This document shows positions 55,770-64,000 of a stretch of DNA of 64,000 bases, piece by piece (the first letter of the stretch is position 1; each line of letters opens with the position of its first letter). Made by a program: the position numbers and the translations under genes. The stretch comes from Octopus vulgaris. Taxonomy: Eukaryota. The notes beneath the pieces were generated by a model that was given only the letters and a program-made list of their open reading frames with translations, was not told the DNA's origin and ran no database searches. The stretch spans positions 46,438,001-46,502,000 of the forward strand of contig OX597821.1 in assembly GCA_951406725.2 (NCBI GenBank), in the 5' to 3' direction.

Positions 55770-56700
55770 CTCAATATGCCCCCACCCATTTTGGCAATTA
55801 TTGCCTCCACACGAGGATGAACAATTTTTACAGCTGCTGTAATCTCTGCCTTTTTAATTTTGTGTCAAACCATTGACACTCGAGTGTGCTGAAGGATTGA
55901 TCCCTGCTTGATGTACGCCCCATAAAAAGTAATGGAGAAGGTTGACATCTGGGCTATTACTGGACCAGATGTTAGCCCTCGCAAAAAATGGCACCTTCTC
56001 ATCAAGGAGGTCCTGTGTTGCTTTTGACCCATGGTATGGTGCAGAATCATGGATAAGCACCACATTGTCAAGCCCAAATTTCTGCTCTATCCAAGGCAAC
56101 AGGCAGTTCTTCAGGATGTCCAGATACTCCTTTGTGTCGATCGTCAAGCCAGACTCAAAGAAGTGTGGATCCATGACAATTCCATCATTCGCCACGATTC
56201 CAAATACCATCACAGATGCAGGATTCTTAGTCTCAAACAAAGTGTGGAGGGGCGTCAGAATTGTTGTATGCAATCATTCGAGAATTTCTGCGATTCACCT
56301 CAGCTTCCACAGTGAACTTCTAATCCACAAACACGAGAGTTTTTCCCTGTACCTTAATGAATGACAAAAACTTTGGGCATCTCTCAGCTCTGATTGCTTT
56401 GGCCTTGACTGTTAGGAGGTGACAGCGTCGTTGAACACAGCTAATGAAGCCAAGGTTCCTGTCTACAGCTCTGGACACCGTGGAAAAGGACACATTGCAT
56501 TTCTTTGCGAGCGTTTGAAGCCAGCGAGAAACTTTGGATTGCGTTTGGAATCACTTTAAGTCTTGTGTTCTTTTCTATCAATCTTTCCCGCTTCATTAAA
56601 TTGTTCATATACACGATAAAATGTTGTTTTTGGAAATTTCGTCAACTTACCAATTTTATTGACTGTAATGCCCGGCGTTCGCCAAAATAACGATAGCGGA
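55770..56700 (-). mobile_element. maT-type (DD37D spacing) transposase remnant
   Basis: ORF 55854..56273: KNPASVMVFG, HDSAPYH..SPDVNLL(H)Y, with 37 residues between the second D and the third catalytic position. Confidence 0.8.
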
Positions 56701-56865
56701 ACGATTCTGTTGTTCCATGACTTTTCTCTTGACTATTTACCTGTAAAATAAAGAAGAGAATTAGATTTTCAAGAAAGCAAAATTTTATCGGAAAATGAAA
56801 TGTCAAACCCACTAAGTCAATAGTTTTAAATTGATCTCAATTTATCTGCAAGACTCTGTATATCT

Positions 56866-56948
<83 letters not shown>

Positions 56949-58368
56949 TACACACATATATATATATACATATATACACAAGTAAGCACATAAGTGCAAA
57001 ACGAGATGAACAATGTAACAGTCAAATAACGAAAACGTAGAACAAAATCCTTATTTATTAAATCCAAAAAAACTTCACAAACTGTTACTCAGTTTCATGT
57101 GATAAAACAATGAATGTATGTATGTATGTATGTATCTATCTACATGTCTGTCTGTCTATCTGTCTATCTGATTGTCTATTTTGTTGTCTGTTTATCTATA
57201 AAGAAAGTCACCATCACCACTACGTACCATCAACACCATTATAACAACCATCGACAAAAACACAAACATAACCATCACCGTTACTATTCAACCAAGTCCT
57301 TTATGATCAAAAGCATCATTAGGTCTAAGAGGAGTTTAATCCAAAATTATAGACAATGATATATGATACTGTGGTTCCCAGCTTATTTTTTAAGTTAAAC
57401 GAAATATCTTTATTTTTTAGGTGAATGAGGACTGATCTCAGACTTAACAGCAACAATACAATTAACAAGAACAATATGACTACTGCCACTACTACCAATG
57501 CCTCCACATTAAGCACCAACACCATCACCAACACCCAAACCAATGTAATATATTACACGCATTCACGCACACATGAAGACGCATACACAAATACGTATTT
57601 ATGTATAATACATGTACGTCATTATTCAGTTTTATTTTCAGATTTATTGCCAATGAATTTCTTACCTAGATCCAAGGCTCCTTGATTGGAATTTCAACAT
57701 CAACAACAGGGTACTTTTGTATGTATGTATGTATGTATGTATGTATGTATGTATGTATGTATGTATGTATGTATGTATGTATGTATGTATGTATGTATGT
57801 ATGTATGTATGTACGTACGTATGTATGTATGTATGTATGTATATATGTATGTATGTATGTATGTATGTAGTCAATTGACGCGTTATAACTGGCTGCTAAC
57901 TTCCCAGCAAATCATACACTACCTTAAAATTTCGGACACGCGATAATGCTGTCTTGGAGGTGTAGTGCTCGCCAAAAAGAAATCCCACAGAGGTGTCATA
58001 ATTAGAAGGTCCTTTGGTCAGAAGGCTGCTGGATTAAGGATGATCTATAGTTAAATAACAACACACAAAAACTATATTAAATATTAACATAGAGCCTCAT
58101 ATTTTGTAAAAGACGTATAGCCGATTGAGTATCCTTAGTAACGTAAATGCTATTTTCATTTTTTTGGATTGTCAAAAATGAAGAAAGTTGATGCTGGTGG
58201 CGTTTGAACGTGGAACATACCGTAAGAGATTTTGTTTCGGTGTTTTATCACTTCTGTGGTCCACCATAGTGAATTGGAAATTATGAGATGAAAGCCTTGC
58301 AGCCAATCCTAGTCTTTTATCTTTCTATTATATTTAGAATGAGATTTTCGATTGAAGCATTATATATA

Positions 58369-58875
58369 AACTTAGATAAACTTAGATATGTTTCGACCAA
58401 AGATTGGTCCAGCCCATGTTTAACTTAATAGCACCACCTGATAGGATTATTTGAATCCTGTTTAAGTTTTGTTTGAGTCAAGTTTTGTTCAAGTAGTGAG
58501 TTCTTGTTGGGTGAGTTGTATCCAGTTTTGTTCAAGTAGTGAGTTGTATCCAGTTTTGTTCAAGTAGTGAGTTGTATCCAGTTTTGTTCAAGTAGTGAGT
58601 TGTATCCAGTTTTGTTCAAGTAGTGAGTTGTATCCAGTTTTGTTCAAGTAGTGAGTTCTTGTTGGGTGAGTTGTATCCAGTTTTGTTCAAGTAGTGAGTT
58701 CTTGTTGGGTGAGTTGTATCCAATTATGGGTGGCTTATCTGGTATTCTTTGAAGGAATCTATCCAGACTCTGTTTAAAGTTGATGGGTTCCTTTTCCTCT
58801 TTGATCTCCCTCGGGACAATGTTAAATAGGGCAGGGCCTGTTGAGGAAAAGAAATTATGTTGCAGTGTACTATAT
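58369..58875 (-). mobile_element. LINE 3' end with internal 27/41-bp tandem expansion
   Basis: GPALFNIVPREIK..FKQSLDRFLQRIPDKP..GY. Repeats of agttttgttcaagtagtgagtt(cttgttgggtgagtt)gtatcc at 58481-58721. Confidence 0.8.
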
Positions 58876-59779
58876 TTTTTTACCATTTTTTTCTTTTTAT
58901 TTTAAATTTAATGTGGATAAAACAGATTATTTTATAAACCGATATAAAGATGGGAGTAATGAGATCGAAATTCAAGTTGTAATCGAAATTCGATTTTTAA
59001 AAAAAAACTACGAATATTTTCTATTGATTTGATTTACAATTTCACTTAAAAACTAAAGCAATAAATTTTATTTCGATATTCACCCCACCTCGTGAAATGA
59101 AATAATAGACAAAAGAAAATTGCTGAAATCAAATTTATTAGGTACACGGCAGAAGTATTAGAATAGAGAAACAACCCCCTTCTCTAACAGAACCCCCACC
59201 CCTGAAACAATAAACAGTTTTGCTAACCCTGTTCTTAAAAGGAATGTAAAATAATTATTTATTTAATAGAACTATTGCTTTAATTTGACAAACACAGTAA
59301 CTTCATTATAACATGTAAAGGAAGAAAGCACAGATGAACAGTCATCTTTAGATTTCCCCTGCTGTTTTGTCTTATAGCTAAGAGCACTACTTTGAAAATC
59401 GTGTCGCTTCAAATAATAACTAATTAGCTCCAATTTATAATAACCCTCCCCCATCCACACCGCCGCCACGGTCCCTACACTAACAGTACTTTTCATCCTA
59501 TCCACAGGCGGAAATTTAAGACTGCATTATTTTTTTCTGGAAATATTGACCAAATACGAATTTATTCCTGCTTTTACAAATTCATTGTCTGTAAAGAGTC
59601 TGTAGGATGTAGTTGTTGACTGATCGATAAATTTGCTCCTCCACCGAAAGATTATAATTTCGCTGTCTTAACAGCGATACTTAACAGCCCGGGACATCTA
59701 ACTATAAATAGGCACTCCGATTGTCACCGATTGCGCCGTGTCAGGTTTATTTGAAATCAGTCTTCAGTGGTACTCTCTC

Positions 59780-60135
59780 TTTACCCTTTTACTTGTTTCA
59801 GTCATTTGACAGTGGCCATGCTGGAGCAACGCCTTTAGTCGAGCAAATCGACCCCAGGAATTATTCTTTGTAAGCCTAGTACTTATTCTATCGGTCTCTT
59901 TTGCCGAACCCACATCAGCATCGGTTGTCAAGCGATGTTGTGGGGACAAACACAGACAAACATACACACACACACACATATATACGACGGGCTTCTTTCA
60001 GTTTCCGTCTCACAAGGCTTTGGTCGGCCCGAGGCTATATTAGAAGACACTTGCCCAAGGTGTCACGCAGTGGGACGGAACCCGGAACCATTTGGTACGT
60101 AAGCAAGCTACTTACCACACAGCCACTCCTACGCC
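59780..60135 (-). mobile_element. SINE family B
   Basis: Matches 29983-30421 with small deletions. Confidence 0.88.
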
Positions 60136-60456
60136 TATTATATTAAACTATATTAAACAAACGAATAGTTGAAAATTTCAAATGTTTATGTAAATGTAAA
60201 CGAATACGTATTTATCTATTCATAGTAATAGTAAAGAGAATATATAATGCAATGTGTGTCCCATCGGCCACACTGGTAAAAGGAGTCTAAAACAACAAAC
60301 GGAGTGGGAGTGATAGTCGGAGACGTGAAATGCAGCCGAACTTTAGTAGGTTTTGCTCTGAAGTTGCTGGTATTTTAATCGAAATAAAACTGCAAATTTT
60401 TATTGTTCATTTTATTCAGTTTATCAGTTTCACACACACACACACACGTACACACG

Positions 60457-60528
<72 letters not shown>

Positions 60529-60819
60529 TATATGTATGAAAGGAAATATCAAACTCTTTTGTTTTCCAAGTACTATTTCTCTTTCGAAATAAAGAATAAC
60601 ATTTTACAGATTTCATCGCTCTAAGAAATGTAAGCAAAAGTGCGCACGCAAACGTGTTCACACGTTCACAAACTCACACAAGCATGCAAACATATGTACA
60701 TATATGCACATGCATAAGTGTTTATAACATGTATGCGTATGTATGAGTTTATAGACACGAATATGCACACACACACACACGCATACATACATGCATACTT
60801 ATCTATTTATAATCTATAC

Positions 60820-60949
<130 letters not shown>

Positions 60950-60999
60950 AGTATATACTTCGTGGTGGCCTAAATGTATATGTATACATTATGTGCGTG

Positions 61000-61030
<31 letters not shown>

Positions 61031-61410
61031 AAAATTCAGTTGTATTAGTACTTAAATTGAGGCACCTGGTTAGGACGGAGTACCTCCCACACCCATAGTA
61101 TTAAATAATTTATCACCACTGACAAGAATACTCGTACAACTCCCCTAATATTTAATTCTAGACGGTTAGAAACAATCCTCCCTCTTTTGTTTTGAAGTAT
61201 ACACTGGGTAACTGATTTCAATTATTTCTTCCCCCTACTATAACCTCTACTATCCTCTAAATTCTATTTGTTTAGACACGATATAAACTATTTGGTAAAT
61301 TCATTCTGCCAACTGAATAGCAGCAGAATCAATGTAAATATTTGGGGGCCTGTGGAATTCTAACTGTACAAGATCATTCGAAGTTTCCTTTATGTTTGAA
61401 GTCTATGCAG

Positions 61411-61493
61411 TCGTCTGACGAAAACGGTTTCTTTCCAATGATGTAATGTTTGCATTAATCAATTAAAAGAGTCGCTTGAAACGACCGTAATGA
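61411..61493 (+). ncRNA. Type I hammerhead motif, intact core
   Basis: tcgt-CTGACGA-aaacggtttcttt...aaaagagtcgctt-GAAA-cgaccg-TA-atga. Confidence 0.72.
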
Positions 61494-61653
61494 ATTGACA
61501 CCTGTACATCTTTGTTACTCATTTATACTGCGTATATGCGTGTATATATAAGATTGTACATTTTGGTGGCATCAGCGGCATAAGTAATCCGATGTGAGGA
61601 CGTCGAGGAAAACATAAACGAAGTGAAAAATATGGATGCAGTCAAACAATATA

Positions 61654-61768
<115 letters not shown>

Positions 61769-61813
61769 TAGTGGGAGAAGAAGAAACGAAACGAAACGGA
61801 ACGAATCGAATCG

Positions 61814-61888
<75 letters not shown>

Positions 61889-61899
61889 TTAATTAAATC

Positions 61900-62567
61900 A
61901 AATAACGTAGTATATGGTCTTAGAGGAAAAAAATCATTTTTCATCGGCGAATGTATTTGCAATATAACTTTTTGAGGTGAAACGAAAAGGACAATCATTT
62001 ATGTATTGAAAAAATCACTAAACCTGTTTGGAACAGAATTCATGGAGCTATTTAAAATGTGGGATATCCCCATTAGTGTTCTCTGAGAAAATGTAGTCGG
62101 CACGGTTGAAAGTTCAAATGAAGTCGAACAACTGAAACAAAAAATTTTAAAATCGTTTCCAAATGTTTTTTTCGGAAGGATCAGGCTGTTGCGCTAAAAT
62201 AAAAGCGAGGATCGCGGTAAGAGAAAAGGCAACACCTGGTTTTAGGCCCAAACGGAATGTGCCGTTTACGGCATTGGAACAGGCCAATAAAGAGCTAGAA
62301 GGACTTGACAGTCGAGCTATAATTGAAAAAGTCGACTATTCAGACTGAGCAGAAAAGAAATAATAAACTAAGTGTGTGTACGGACTTTTCAACAGTAATT
62401 AAATGACTGTTTAATCGAACACAGCTATCATTTTACCACGCCCAGAAGTGTTTTCAAAACTAAATGGAGAAAAAATTTCTCTAAGTTAGACCTCTCGGAG
62501 GACTATCTACAGATACAGGTAGAGGAAGATGACGCACACCTTTTAACAATCAATACACGCCGTGGAT
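61900..62567 (+). mobile_element. Gypsy LTR retrotransposon pol remnant
   Basis: NLFGTE, FPNVFSEG.G, FRPKRNVPF, IEKVDYSD, SKLDLSEDYLQI, LTINT.RGL. Confidence 0.85.
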
Positions 62568-63201
62568 TGAGAGGAGTGTCTGAGTTGTACACAAGTGTAC
62601 GAGTGGTTCAAACGTGTCCAAGATAGCTGAAAAAAATGTCGATATTGCCGAACGTTCTGAGAGACCCGCAACCAGCAGAACTGAGAAAAACATCGCAAAT
62701 GTGCGTGCAGCTGTGGGGGCAAATCGTCGAATCACCAACCCTGAGTAATCAGAGGATGTGCAGATTAGTTACGGTTCAGCTCAGTTTGTTGTCACTGAAG
62801 ATTTGGGTATGAGACGCGTGTCTGCCAAGTTTGTGCCAAAACAGCTTTCAGCTGACCAAAAAGGCACTCGGGTTTCAGCTGCACAAGATCTCCCTGATTG
62901 TGTCGAGACCGATGAAAGCTTTTTGAAAACTTTGCATAGATCCTTAAGCAGGTATCGCCAAACTTTTGGCAAAACTTGATGCAGATTCTCTGGTCACCTT
63001 TCTCTGTCATGGACAATGCGACGATCACACGCTACATACATTCGTTCCAAGCACTGCTGTAAGCAGCGGAAGTGAGATAGAACGTTAAAACTTAGTGCGC
63101 ATGCGCAACAGAGTTTAAAGTCAATCTACACCAAGCGTTACTATGCGTGCTTTAGCTTTGTTAGTATGTCAAGAATCCGGATATTTATTGATCAGACTTA
63201 G
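62568..63201. mobile_element. mariner 5' half with an internal inversion
   Basis: TIR and MTEK..QRICIKFCQK on minus (63201-62926). The continuation GEECLSCTQVYEWFK..VSAKFVPK..ESFLKT is on plus (62568-62935). Confidence 0.85.
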
Positions 63202-63211
63202 TATGTGTACA

Positions 63212-63302
<91 letters not shown>

Positions 63303-63341
63303 ATGTGTGTGTATAAAAAGAGAGAGGAATAGAGAGGGATA

Positions 63342-63434
<93 letters not shown>

Positions 63435-63960
63435 AATTCTTAAGTTAGTTCGACAAAAAATTCAAATAATTAGGTACATTGTATCCTACTTAAAATGATG
63501 AATCGAATATCAGCCATTCTTATTAGGTGCAAGGTTGAGAACTCACGAAATTTAAAATACGCCTAAATTTAAATGATATTATGTGGTGGTAGGTTTGTGT
63601 GATTCTTACACGTCAGCGAAGTGTAGTCCATTAAATGGTTGATAAGTTCATAGAAAGACTACTATCAGATTTTTGTCTAATGAAAAGCTACAGGCTGGTA
63701 AGTTTAAAATAACGACACTCGAAATTTTCCCGAGGAGCTAATACAAGAACAAATATTTAAGCAAGCTACCATATGTGTTGTGGCGAGCGGAAAATGATTT
63801 TCTTTTAACTGAAATTATAACGCTAAGGGCAAAAGGACGTCATTAACTTTTGATCACTCCAAGTATGGTAGTTAGCATTTAACTATGCACCCATCCATCC
63901 ATCTATCCATCTACACATACCCTCATATACATACATACATACATACATACATACATACAT

Positions 63961-64000
<40 letters not shown>

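Noticed and set aside
58369-58412. gacca-atctt-tggtc-GAAA as an HHR stem II
   Set aside because: No CUGANGA upstream; better explained as a LINE 3' stem-loop.
58481-58721. CRISPR-like array
   Set aside because: No unique spacers, eukaryotic context, and derived from LINE coding sequence.
59700-59770. Minus-strand CTGAAGA-ctgatt...aatcgg motif
   Set aside because: GAAA replaced and stems I/III absent; interrupted by a SINE.

Overview
AT-rich, microsatellite-saturated animal DNA with no recognisable host exon. The repeat content suggests an octopus/cephalopod intron or intergenic region (inference). Almost all listed ORFs are microsatellite translations. The real coding remnants are decayed transposons: at least 6 Penelope-like (GIY-YIG) pieces, R4/Dong-type RLE LINEs in (TAA)n or (TATG)n, RTE and other LINE 3' ends, Tc1, mariner, maT (DD37D) and Gypsy fragments. 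Also present are two non-autonomous Helitrons, a TTAA MITE and four tRNA-derived SINE families. Reading both strands by eye shows a dense hidden layer of hammerhead ribozyme (HHR) motifs: 11 type I motifs (4 with an intact core, 7 with one core substitution) plus broken remnants, mostly in short Penelope-pLTR-like units next to (TA)n. Three highlights: (i) a candidate HHR at 20238-20301 whose three strands are in an order that is not a circular permutation of types I/II/III; (ii) a tRNA-headed, (AAT)n-containing SINE carrying an HHR; (iii) a 78-bp snap-back palindrome whose fold point maps 2-3 nt from the HHR cleavage site of a sister copy. All folds were done by hand and are untested. Transposon boundaries are approximate.
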